The position numbers and the translations under genes were made by a program. Of a stretch of DNA of 64,000 bases, positions 18,205 to 27,179 are shown piece after piece. Within the stretch, counting starts at the first letter, position 1. The number at the start of each line of letters is the position of its first letter. The stretch is taken from NCBI GenBank assembly GCA_050250375.1, contig JBFWOS010000001.1, positions 1,150,361 through 1,214,360 of the forward strand. The letters are read 5' to 3'. This DNA comes from Candidatus Omnitrophota bacterium. GTDB lineage: Bacteria > Omnitrophota > Gorgyraeia > Zapsychrales > Zapsychraceae. The notes under the pieces were generated by a model. The model saw only the letters and a program-made list of their open reading frames with translations, had not been told where the DNA came from and made no database searches.

Positions 18205-21200
18205 TTAATCAATATCCACAGCAATATAACCAACCGTTTCACTGACATGTTGACCGTCACTGCCTTCTTCTTCCTGCAGTTTAACATCAAAACTACCGGT
18301 GGATACGTTCTTCTGCCGGGTCACCACCGCCCCGCCTTCATTATACGTCTGGCATTGGGTGATCGTGGCCGGGGGCGTGCTGTATGAGTTAGTATACGAC
18401 ACATTCTGCCATTCATCGTCCACACTTTCGGTGCCGACTTCCGCTTGTAATCCGCTCGACAAGGCATGTGTTCCTTCTTCCAAAACAACATAGTCAATTT
18501 TTTCGATCATGTGTTTCTGGTTAAGATAATCCCATTCTTCGATCTGGAACTGGAAGGAGTCGCTGCCGATATTGCGCAGACGAATATGCGACGGCTGCCG
18601 TCCGTGGAAGGTGACAATCTGCATGAAGACCACCGGATTGGTATAACTATTCTTCAGCTGAATCGTGTGCCATTGGCTGCCCTTCTTCTGATACGCCGAT
18701 ATTTCGCCGGCTTCACCAACAACCGCTCCTGAAGAATTGGTGATCGTCCCGGGTTCAACCGCGAAATAACTGACCACTTCGGTAGTGTGATTCGTTTCCG
18801 GGTCTTCCGATCTTTCCTCTTCAATCTTGACCGTAAACCGGCTTCGATTGACTTGTTTGATTCGAAGCCCGGCCGTATCCATGCCGTTGAATGTTTCAAT
18901 TCCGGCAATCATGACCGGTTTACGTTTAAAGCAAAGATCGAAATCGACTTTATACCACTTCTTGGTCACCGCATCAGGTGTGCGCCCGGCCGTCGCCGGC
19001 TGGGTGACGACGCGTGACTGGATATAATAATCACTCAGCATGTTTACCAGCGTCACGTTCGGTTCGTGATAGAAACGGGTGTCGTACTTGGCGAACTTGG
19101 CTTCCAGTTCGGCGGCGCTGTCAGTCCCTACGTCCGGCCCTGTTTCTTCGTCATAATTCATATGGGTCTGCAGCCCCCACTGTTCTCTCGGTTTATGATG
19201 TTTGTACGACCAAACCGTCCAGCTCCAGTCCAGGTCATTGAATGTTTTGGCGTACAAGTCCCAGATTTCACGGTAATTGAACCCGTTAAACTCGCCGATC
19301 AGGACCGGCACATTATAGTCATCTTGTTTTGAAAACTCGACTTTTCCGCAAAATAGTTCATCGTTACCGATACTATCGCAGTCCGGGTCGTCCCCGCTGA
19401 CGAGGTAATCGTCCTGCAGATCGACGTCTAGGACACCGTCGATTTTGCCCTGCGCGTTAAACTTGAACCCGTAATAATGGAATTGGTAAACGACGTTGCT
19501 CCATGAATACGTATCCGGATCGGGCAATGTATCCCAATCTTTGTCGCTGGGGATCGCCTCCATGACGATGATGTGTTTGTTATCAATCGCACGGATAGCG
19601 TCATATAACTGGTCATATAAAGACCACAGTGCTTCCAAACCGTCTTCCCTATCCGGATAATAATAGGAATCGACGGCTCCGAACGGTTCGTTCAGCAGAT
19701 CGTAGCCCATCACTGTCGTGTTATTTTTATAGTATTCCGCCATCGCCTCCCAAAGTTCTTTGGTCCTCTGGCGGTAGGTGCTGTTGTTGGGATCAAATAA
19801 TTGGTGATAGTATCCCTGGCTAGGCGTTTCGGCGGAAATACGGCCGGAGTGAAACTCTTTACTTTGATGTCCGGGCGCGCCGTGCAAGTCGAGCAGCACA
19901 TAGATCCCGCGGTCTTCACACATCTGCACAATACGGTCGATTTGTGAAAAATCAAAACTACTGCCCGCAGCCCACTGGCCGTTGCTTTCATCGATTTCAC
20001 GGACCGCCCTGTAGTAAATCGGCAGCCGGACCAGATTGGCGCCGCTGCGCATAATAGTATCCAGGTCATATTCGGTGAGGTAAGAATCCTGATAGGCTTC
20101 CAGTAGTTCTTTGGCCTGCGTTGCGCCGAAACGGTCCGTTAATTCGGTACGGATACTCCAGTCGTCGGTGACAGTTGTCCCGTCCACCGTGAATCCGGTC
20201 ATCCACGCTTCGATCAATAGGTAATTTCCCAAATTGACCCCGCTAAGGATGATCGGATCGCCGTTGCCGTCCTGTTCCTTAATGATTTTATTCACCGCTT
20301 TAAGATAGCCGGCATTCGGTGTATACGAACGCTGCGGACTCCAGTCGCTGGTATCGGTAACCATACTGTTTTCTTCAACCAGCGCCCTGACCCGGTACCA
20401 TTTGCCGTTGGTCGCCGTCAACGTTGTGTGCGCGCCGTTGTGGATCTGTTCCCATGGCCCGTTTTTATTAGATGATTTCTCCACCTGATACTTGTCGGCC
20501 TGTGCCAAATTGGTCCAGGCCACTGTTCCTGAAGCCAAAGTGGATTTGTCGATCAGGACCGGTGACGGTTCGTACTTGACGACATCGCTCCAGTCAGATT
20601 TATAGGCGATCGGATTGTCATCTTCATCAACAGCCTCTTCCCAGCGCACACGCAGCCAGGCCGGAGAAACACGGTTCAATGAATAACTGGTGTTTGAACC
20701 ATGATATAGTTCTTCCCACGGTCCGAACGCCCCGCCCGTGCTTTGTTCGAGAGTATACAGCTGGGCGCCGCTGACCGCGTTCCATTCGACATCGCCGCCA
20801 GCCAGCGCGACCACATCTATCTGGGGCACAGATTTTGAAATACGGATGTCGTCGTAAAAATAGGAACCTCTCCAATATTGCTGAAACTGCAGCTTATTCA
20901 TATTATTCAGTTCAAAGTCTGATGGAAAACTGTCCAGCGGCACGCTGAATTTGGTCCATTGCCCGAACACGGCCGGTTTTTTCGGCCAGATCACATACGG
21001 ATTGCCGACCGGTTCGTTTGGATAGTTGTTATAGTCAAATGCCTGGAAACCCAGGTCGTTATCCATCCCGTTTTCCGGCAGGGCATACACCCAGAACGTG
21101 ATGCGGTCATACGGGGATTCCTCCGGAGCTCCGGGCCCGCTTGTTCCATCGAGGTCCACATACCATTCCGACTGGTAATAACCGCCAAAGGCGGCCAGAT

Positions 21201-22026
21201 TACAGGTACTTGAAAAATTGCAGTCTGTTGACTCTTCCCCGTCCGTGACCAGCTTCTTCTCCTGGGATTTAATGCCTGTCCCGCCAAAATAATCCAGGAC
21301 ATTCAGCTGCCAGGACCGCTCGCCTTCGTATACCATCAGGTCATCGACATATAAATCGACGGTCCCGAACCAGGCCCAGCCGTACTTTTCATGTTCTTCC
21401 CCGGTGAAATTTTCCCAAAAAATAATCGGCTCGAACGACTGATAGACCCTGTCGGCGGAAACAACTTGAATGTCGTCAATATAATAAGTTCCCGTATAAC
21501 GGTTAACAAATTCGATCTTATCCACGCTCGTCAGATCAAAATTATTCGGTAATTGCGAAAATAACACATCCAGTTCGGTCCATTCACCGTGTTTGGCCGC
21601 CTTGCTCGTAAAGACTTCGAACCCCGTTGAATGATAAATACCCTGGTCGAAGAATTTGACCCGTACCTCGTTGTCCGTCTCGTTGTCGGGTTCGGCCTTA
21701 ATCCAGAATCTCAGCCGGTCGTGCCGTCCCGGTTCAAAGTCCATATTCCACTCCTGCACCTGGGACGGTATCCCTGTCCCTCCCCAGCAGGAAGGGGGCT
21801 GCAACCCTTGTGCGCAGGAAGAACTCTCAATCTTCCAGGACTTATCTCCGGAGTAGGCCTCTTCATCTGTCAATGAAACGGCTGCCTCATTAAAACCCCA
21901 TCCCTGGTTATTGTTTGTGCCCGTACCGTCCTCAAAATCCTGGTAAATCAGACCTGCCGATGCACGTGATGAGAACATCCAGACACCACATATGGTTAAA
22001 AATAAAATTCGGCTACACCATTTCAT
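18205..22026 (-). CDS. Large secreted multidomain glycoside hydrolase: 2x CBM-like, 2x FN3-like, GH5, 3x lectin-like repeats
   Basis: Signal peptide; GH5 motifs GVNLGNYLLIE, VRLP, DLHGAPG, LLNEP (acid/base), HYY and IGEF (nucleophile); internal repeats visible in the translation. Confidence 0.85.
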   Translation of the reverse strand: MKWCSRILFLTICGVWMFSSRASAGLIYQDFEDGTGTNNNQGWGFNEAAVSLTDEEAYSGDKSWKIESSSCAQGLQPPSCWGGTGIPSQVQEWNMDFEPGRHDRLRFWIKAEPDNETDNEVRVKFFDQGIYHSTGFEVFTSKAAKHGEWTELDVLFSQLPNNFDLTSVDKIEFVNRYTGTYYIDDIQVVSADRVYQSFEPIIFWENFTGEEHEKYGWAWFGTVDLYVDDLMVYEGERSWQLNVLDYFGGTGIKSQEKKLVTDGEESTDCNFSSTCNLAAFGGYYQSEWYVDLDGTSGPGAPEESPYDRITFWVYALPENGMDNDLGFQAFDYNNYPNEPVGNPYVIWPKKPAVFGQWTKFSVPLDSFPSDFELNNMNKLQFQQYWRGSYFYDDIRISKSVPQIDVVALAGGDVEWNAVSGAQLYTLEQSTGGAFGPWEELYHGSNTSYSLNRVSPAWLRVRWEEAVDEDDNPIAYKSDWSDVVKYEPSPVLIDKSTLASGTVAWTNLAQADKYQVEKSSNKNGPWEQIHNGAHTTLTATNGKWYRVRALVEENSMVTDTSDWSPQRSYTPNAGYLKAVNKIIKEQDGNGDPIILSGVNLGNYLLIEAWMTGFTVDGTTVTDDWSIRTELTDRFGATQAKELLEAYQDSYLTEYDLDTIMRSGANLVRLPIYYRAVREIDESNGQWAAGSSFDFSQIDRIVQMCEDRGIYVLLDLHGAPGHQSKEFHSGRISAETPSQGYYHQLFDPNNSTYRQRTKELWEAMAEYYKNNTTVMGYDLLNEPFGAVDSYYYPDREDGLEALWSLYDQLYDAIRAIDNKHIIVMEAIPSDKDWDTLPDPDTYSWSNVVYQFHYYGFKFNAQGKIDGVLDVDLQDDYLVSGDDPDCDSIGNDELFCGKVEFSKQDDYNVPVLIGEFNGFNYREIWDLYAKTFNDLDWSWTVWSYKHHKPREQWGLQTHMNYDEETGPDVGTDSAAELEAKFAKYDTRFYHEPNVTLVNMLSDYYIQSRVVTQPATAGRTPDAVTKKWYKVDFDLCFKRKPVMIAGIETFNGMDTAGLRIKQVNRSRFTVKIEEERSEDPETNHTTEVVSYFAVEPGTITNSSGAVVGEAGEISAYQKKGSQWHTIQLKNSYTNPVVFMQIVTFHGRQPSHIRLRNIGSDSFQFQIEEWDYLNQKHMIEKIDYVVLEEGTHALSSGLQAEVGTESVDDEWQNVSYTNSYSTPPATITQCQTYNEGGAVVTRQKNVSTGSFDVKLQEEEGSDGQHVSETVGYIAVDID

Positions 22027-22113
22027 GATATTCCTCCATTCTTTGGGATAAAATTCTATTAATCCGGTGTTATATTTTCCTGAATTCTCGGGAGATATTT
22101 TTAGTGGTCATAA

Positions 22114-22143
22114 TATTAGACGTAATGGAATGACCAAATCTAA
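22114..22143 (-). promoter_or_regulatory. Putative ECF-sigma promoter upstream of the GH5 gene
   Basis: TTAGA-N16-CGTCTAATA; same motif as 24824-24852. Confidence 0.6.
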
Positions 22144-22170
22144 CAATATTTTTAATAATTTATATCAATT

Positions 22171-24141
22171 TTACGGTCTTAATCGGTGGTAAAACGCGTC
22201 TGCTTTTTTATAGAAAGAACTGTTTTTAAAACCAGTCTCTGTCAGGTCTTGCAATAAAATTTCATATTTATTGGTGAGAATATTGCGCTCAAAGGAAGAA
22301 AGTTGTCCTTCCCTTTCAGGAGCATGAACCAATTGCACCATGCTTTGAAGGTGCGCCATGGCTTTGTCAAAATCACGCTCACCTTCAAGATAAAACCGGG
22401 CCATATCGATATGCATATTTGCCAGATAGGCAATTTCCTGTGGCGTGATGGATTTTTTCTTGTTAAGGGTTTCAATGGCTTTTTGATAATAATCCAATGC
22501 CAGATGATTTTCATTTTTGATCTTATAAATATCTCCGGCTCCTTTATACGCATAGGCTTGTTTGGATAAATCGGTCTGGCCAGCCGCCAGCTTTTCATAC
22601 AGTTTGATGGATTTAAGAAATTCATCGGCCGGTACAGAACCCCGCAGAGAAAAAACAGCGGCGTGTAGGTTTTTCTCCTTTAACTTGTCAGCCAGAAAGA
22701 ATTCTGCCTGCTCCACCTTATCTTTATTGCGCATCTTATTGGCGACCAAAAGAGCGCTTTGCGCCGCATCAATACTCTGCTCATAATCCGCGGACAAGGC
22801 ATACACATCCGATAAAAATATATTCGTCCGGTACTGGTCCTTTAACGAGCCGCCATTCCCCATCTGGCGGATATAGTCAAAAGTCTTGCCGAGACCTTCA
22901 GACACATATTTTTGGTGAATAACATCCCTTTGTTTCTCAATATTGACTACGCTCAAGGCGGATCTATTCTGGAACAATAAAGTTCCGCTGATCGCTATTA
23001 ATAAAAGACTGCACAACACAGGGGCCTTACGAACCAGCAGGTTTATCATATGCTTTCCGGAAAATAATCGGTCATCCCCCATAATTGGACGATTCGGTTC
23101 TCCGTAAAGGATATAACTGGCCCAGACCATATTGTCTTCTCCGAGCTTTTCTAAGGATGCTATCCGCGACTGCCTTAAGGCAGAACCGATCGTGCTGCCT
23201 TCACTTATATACTTATAAAACTCTTTGGCGAATAAGCTGCCATCTTCATCGGAAATTTTCCATAAGGTTCCCAAAAAAAACCTCACCCCGGCCAATAAGA
23301 AGGCATCAGCCAAACCAAAGATCTGCTCTTCTGAGCGGGACTGATAAACGTCTGCCGAATCATAAGCCGATTGACAAGAATTGGAAAAGATGAGCACGGG
23401 CATGAATTCATTCGGACCTAATGTATTCAATTTTTCGATTGTCCATACTCCGTCTTTCATGGCCCATCCGCTTTTTCCCCGGTCATCGAGATCATATTTG
23501 GTGTGTCCGGCAAAATGGATGACATCGTACTCTCTTAGATTTTTCTGAATAAAACTCAGTGTGATATCTTTAGTTTTGCTTGAAATCTGCATGACGGGGT
23601 CCTCCCCTCGAAACTGATCACGGATAGCCGCAGCCTCTTTACGCGCCGAAGGTAAATCCCCGCAAGGGTCAGACATGACCAGCATACGGACAGGCCTCTT
23701 GACCGTTCTGTATGTTAATGTATTTGATGGACGCCGGGTCTTGACACCTCGGCCAAAGTTAAACTTCATGCAAAAAAAATGTTCCCCATCAAACAGCAAT
23801 TCCCACGGGATAAAAACAAGGGCTTCATCCAGAATCACCAATAAATCAGTATATCCGGGTTGGGACAGAACTTTTTTAATCCTTGGAGACAATAAATTCC
23901 GGTATAATTCGCCTCCCGATTTTTTCAAATCAGCGCTGATCCCGACGGATTGATTCCCCAGTTCACAGGACTTGTTGATCAAACGGTTAATATCCGCTGA
24001 AAACCGATTGATTTCCTCAAACAAAAAAGGAATTTCTTCATAACCATGAACAGTCGCGCCCTGTTCATAAAGGCTGAGGCTAAGTTTGTCTTTATAAAGA
24101 TTGATCTGAAGATTTAAGGCTGGTTTATTGCGGTTTGTCAT
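22171..24141 (-). CDS. CHAT (caspase/HetF-like) protease with a TM helix and C-terminal TPR repeats
   Basis: IPWELL, DPCGDL..A..E, IHFAGH (catalytic His), FSNSC (catalytic Cys), GTLWKISD and WASYILYG motifs; TM segment PVLCSLLLIAISGTLLF; TPR-like helices. Confidence 0.9.
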   Translation of the reverse strand: MTNRNKPALNLQINLYKDKLSLSLYEQGATVHGYEEIPFLFEEINRFSADINRLINKSCELGNQSVGISADLKKSGGELYRNLLSPRIKKVLSQPGYTDLLVILDEALVFIPWELLFDGEHFFCMKFNFGRGVKTRRPSNTLTYRTVKRPVRMLVMSDPCGDLPSARKEAAAIRDQFRGEDPVMQISSKTKDITLSFIQKNLREYDVIHFAGHTKYDLDDRGKSGWAMKDGVWTIEKLNTLGPNEFMPVLIFSNSCQSAYDSADVYQSRSEEQIFGLADAFLLAGVRFFLGTLWKISDEDGSLFAKEFYKYISEGSTIGSALRQSRIASLEKLGEDNMVWASYILYGEPNRPIMGDDRLFSGKHMINLLVRKAPVLCSLLLIAISGTLLFQNRSALSVVNIEKQRDVIHQKYVSEGLGKTFDYIRQMGNGGSLKDQYRTNIFLSDVYALSADYEQSIDAAQSALLVANKMRNKDKVEQAEFFLADKLKEKNLHAAVFSLRGSVPADEFLKSIKLYEKLAAGQTDLSKQAYAYKGAGDIYKIKNENHLALDYYQKAIETLNKKKSITPQEIAYLANMHIDMARFYLEGERDFDKAMAHLQSMVQLVHAPEREGQLSSFERNILTNKYEILLQDLTETGFKNSSFYKKADAFYHRLRP

Positions 24142-24820
24142 GGATTAACTGAAAACGGATGGCCCCGATGAGTTTATCCTGACGGTGGATCTCAACAGTA
24201 TACAGGCCGGGCTTGATTTCTTCAAATTTTGTTTTTCCATCAGAACTGGAACGTGATTCAAGTTCCTCCTCATTCTCCAGAAGAGTAAAACGAAAGTTTT
24301 TTACGTCCTTTTTCTTTAAAGGATCGGCCGCATGAATCACAACGGAATTCTGGTCCGCTTCCCCCCGGCTTATTTCAACCTTGATCAGCAGGTTATCAAA
24401 AGTTTCTTTGATGACAAGATTACTTCTCTTATCAACCTGGTTATCCCGTAATAAAGCTGACGGCTGTGACAGCGGTCCGAATATAATTTCCCCGGTTGTA
24501 TTGAGCAGGTTAAAAACATGCCGGCTGAATGCAGCTTTCACATGGAGTAAATTAGGCCCGTACTTTTCACTGACCAAGGCCTTGGCTCTTTCAGTTAGGT
24601 CCTGAGGTGTTTGGATAAAATCTATATTGTTTGGTTCTTCTCTCATCTTATTCTGCATCTGGATTATATCCCGGCAGCGTCCGCATCCTTGAACATGTTG
24701 GCGGATGATCTCTGATTCACGGGTTGAACATTCTCCCAGGACATACAATGCCATCCAATATGTCTCCGGACACCTGCCATCGCGGAATATATCATTATGT
24801 GTTAAGTTTTTATCTTCCAT
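24125..24820 (-). CDS. Zinc-finger (zf-HC2/ZAS) anti-sigma factor, soluble, with C-terminal beta-sandwich
   Basis: CP...HVQGCGRC (HxxxCxxC); directly after the ECF sigma; no TM helix. Confidence 0.82.
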   Translation of the reverse strand: MEDKNLTHNDIFRDGRCPETYWMALYVLGECSTRESEIIRQHVQGCGRCRDIIQMQNKMREEPNNIDFIQTPQDLTERAKALVSEKYGPNLLHVKAAFSRHVFNLLNTTGEIIFGPLSQPSALLRDNQVDKRSNLVIKETFDNLLIKVEISRGEADQNSVVIHAADPLKKKDVKNFRFTLLENEEELESRSSSDGKTKFEEIKPGLYTVEIHRQDKLIGAIRFQLIHDKPQ

Positions 24821-24823
24821 ATG

Positions 24824-24852
24824 TATTAGACGGAATTCGCCATCGTTTCTAA
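24824..24852 (-). promoter_or_regulatory. Putative ECF-sigma promoter upstream of anti-sigma/CHAT (leaderless geometry)
   Basis: TTAGA-N15-CGTCTAATA ending 3 nt before the ATG. Confidence 0.55.
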
Positions 24853-25448
24853 AAATTTCTTTCTTTTTCTATAAACCGTCGCAATTTATCTTCCAGCCTA
24901 TTCTCACGCATTCCATAATTTTCGGCCGTTATGCCCAGCTCCCTGGCCGCGTCCCTGGATTTCGTCTTATCCAGCATCATACAAAAAACTTTCTTTTCTT
25001 TTTCATTCAACTTTTTAATGAACCGTTCAATGATTGTTTTCGCATCCAGATTCTTAATCAATTCCTTGGCAGACTCATCCGACAGTTCTTTTAAAAATTC
25101 ACCGGATCGATAATCTATACGAATATTATTGTCATTACTAAAATCATCGGGTTTAGGCCGGCGTAAAAAATCAATGACCATATTTTCAACAATTTTCGTG
25201 AGGTATGTCGACAACTTACATCGGTTGCGGGACTGAAAAGCCCGAAGAGCTTTATAATTATTTTTAAGCAGTTTAACAAAAACATCTTGATACAAATCGG
25301 CAATGGCCTCCGGGGCTATGGGGCGACCATTTTTATGGAAACAGCGGATAATCGTATGATAAATCAGATTAGAATATGTATTAACAAACTTATCCCAGGA
25401 ACGTTTGTCCCCTGAAAGTATTCCTCTGATTAATTCAAAGTCATCCAT
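24849..25448 (-). CDS. ECF-type RNA polymerase sigma factor
   Basis: Region 2 (WDKFVNTY..DLYQDVFVKL..LSTYL..IVENMVIDFLRR) and region 4 HTH (SRDAARELGIT). Confidence 0.9.
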   Translation of the reverse strand: MDDFELIRGILSGDKRSWDKFVNTYSNLIYHTIIRCFHKNGRPIAPEAIADLYQDVFVKLLKNNYKALRAFQSRNRCKLSTYLTKIVENMVIDFLRRPKPDDFSNDNNIRIDYRSGEFLKELSDESAKELIKNLDAKTIIERFIKKLNEKEKKVFCMMLDKTKSRDAARELGITAENYGMRENRLEDKLRRFIEKERNF

Positions 25449-25460
25449 TTACTTGGACTC

Positions 25461-26237
25461 CTAAGGTCCGATCAAACGGCTTCGTTTTGCCTGAAGATAA
25501 TCGAGGACCACCGCCCCTTTTTCTGATTGGACCGATACACATTGGCCCTGACGATCGGCCTGGTTGCAGGCCACCATCTGTGCTTTTTCCATACAAAGCA
25601 TATCCTGTTCCGAGGAAAAAGAAGATCTGACGGTGATGTCATCGTAATAATACGTTCCATCCCAGTAATTAAAAAATTCGATTTTGTCGACATGTTGAAG
25701 GTCAAAGTCTTTCGGGAGCTGGTCAAACATGATATCCAATTCTGACCATTGTTGAAAAGAGGCGGGAACGATCGTCCATATTTCGAATCCTTTTACGTTA
25801 TAATGCCTGCGGTCAAAAAATTTGACCATTACGGTATGGTCCCCCTGTTCCGAAGGGTCGGACCAAATCCAAAAGGTGAGCCGATCGTGACAGACGGGGG
25901 CAAAATTAACGTCGTAGGTGTTACTTTGAGCGGCAACACCCGTCCCCAGCGTCAGCGGTTTTCCTGCCGGAATCGTTAAAGCCCACGAATGCTGTCCACC
26001 GTGGACGGGATCATGTGTCCCGGAAAGTTGAACAACAGCCCCTCCAAAGGCCCATCCATATTCCGGTTGATCTTTATTCAAACTATAATATTTGGGAGGA
26101 GTCCCGTTCCCAGGTTCAAAATCCTGATACACGATCCGGGCTGAAGAAAAAGATACGGATGAAAAAAGAAATAAAACTGTCAGGCAGACTGACTTTAATA
26201 CTGACAAATATCCGGATACAACGAATTGACTGCGCAT
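25461..26237 (-). CDS. Secreted CBM-like protein, paralogous to the N-terminal domains of the GH5 protein
   Basis: Signal peptide; YQDFE, HDRLTFWI, VKFFD, QLPKDFDL..VDKIEF and GTYYYDDI shared with 18205..22026. Confidence 0.82.
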   Translation of the reverse strand: MRSQFVVSGYLSVLKSVCLTVLFLFSSVSFSSARIVYQDFEPGNGTPPKYYSLNKDQPEYGWAFGGAVVQLSGTHDPVHGGQHSWALTIPAGKPLTLGTGVAAQSNTYDVNFAPVCHDRLTFWIWSDPSEQGDHTVMVKFFDRRHYNVKGFEIWTIVPASFQQWSELDIMFDQLPKDFDLQHVDKIEFFNYWDGTYYYDDITVRSSFSSEQDMLCMEKAQMVACNQADRQGQCVSVQSEKGAVVLDYLQAKRSRLIGP

Positions 26238-26311
26238 AAGCTTTTCAGACCATCGGTTATCGATTTGAAAAAATATTCTATCATATTATAAACCATATTC
26301 AAATCACCAAG

Positions 26312-26343
26312 AAAAAAGCCCTTCTATTTAAAGAGAAGGGCTT
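26312..26343 (-). terminator. Intrinsic terminator
   Basis: AAGCCCTTCT/AGAAGGGCTT stem with U-tract on the minus strand. Confidence 0.75.
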
Positions 26344-26421
26344 AATAATCTTACACCTCTTTTACGGATCATTTCCGGAAAATGCAGTTGATCGAAAGAA
26401 TGTTTTGTGTAAAAAACTTAA

Positions 26422-26715
26422 TTACACAAAAAACAAACTGAAGGCCAGCAGCATAACGACAAAATACGTCACACCTCTGACCCAGGCCGGGGCTTTAGGC
26501 ACATTATCTGCTTTCCCGCCGGCATCAATCTCCATAGCCAGCCTAACCTGTCGGCCAAGGGTATAAAAGGCAAACGCGGCCAAAAGTAACATGCCGGGTT
26601 CCACACCGATTGAATTTTTAAGGCTGTACCCAACGGCGACAGCAATAAAAGTAAACGTATATATATAAGTATTTACTTTTATTTTGTTAAGGAAATCCTT
26701 AGCGCTATTCTCCAT
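26422..26715 (-). CDS. Small hypothetical membrane protein (about 3 TM)
   Basis: ATG at 26715 with GGAGG RBS; hydrophobic helices. Confidence 0.7.
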   Translation of the reverse strand: MENSAKDFLNKIKVNTYIYTFTFIAVAVGYSLKNSIGVEPGMLLLAAFAFYTLGRQVRLAMEIDAGGKADNVPKAPAWVRGVTYFVVMLLAFSLFFV

Positions 26716-27179
26716 GAATAACCTCCCGTTCATTTTTCATCATTTCCATTAAGAGGAAATGGACGAGGCTCGCCCTTGATCTTAGAACCCGAAGCGGCCT
26801 TATTCGTGTTTACATGGATCTTTACATAAGATAAAAAGTATAATACTAGTCTACCCTATTTAATGAAAATTTCCAAATAATATGCATTTATTTTATTCTA
26901 TTGTATTTCAATAAGTTAAGTAAATTTTATAAGCAAAAACCGTTGTTCCTGGCCTATTTTGTCCATATATGGGTGGCATTGTCCGGGTGTAAAAGCATTT
27001 ATTCAAGATTGTGGCCTAAAAATATCGCTTGGTCGTAACTTTGTAAAGTTAAAAGATTCCCCATTAAATCTGTTGAATAATACATTTGCGATTTTAAAAA
27101 ATACTTTATAATAGAAACAGTCACGACAGCTTGCCTTTAAAAACACTTCATTAAATTTAAATAAAAACCATTTATCCAG

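Noticed and set aside
22171-25448. Type III-E CRISPR (Craspase) locus suggested by CHAT plus sigma factor
   Set aside because: No Cas7-11, other cas genes or repeat-spacer array in the window. The CHAT domain is N-terminal and membrane-anchored, unlike Csx29.
26740-26830. c-di-GMP-I (GEMM) riboswitch near the diguanylate cyclase
   Set aside because: Only a GGGTTCTAAG resemblance; the GCAAA..GAAA..GACGCAAAG P1 signature is missing.
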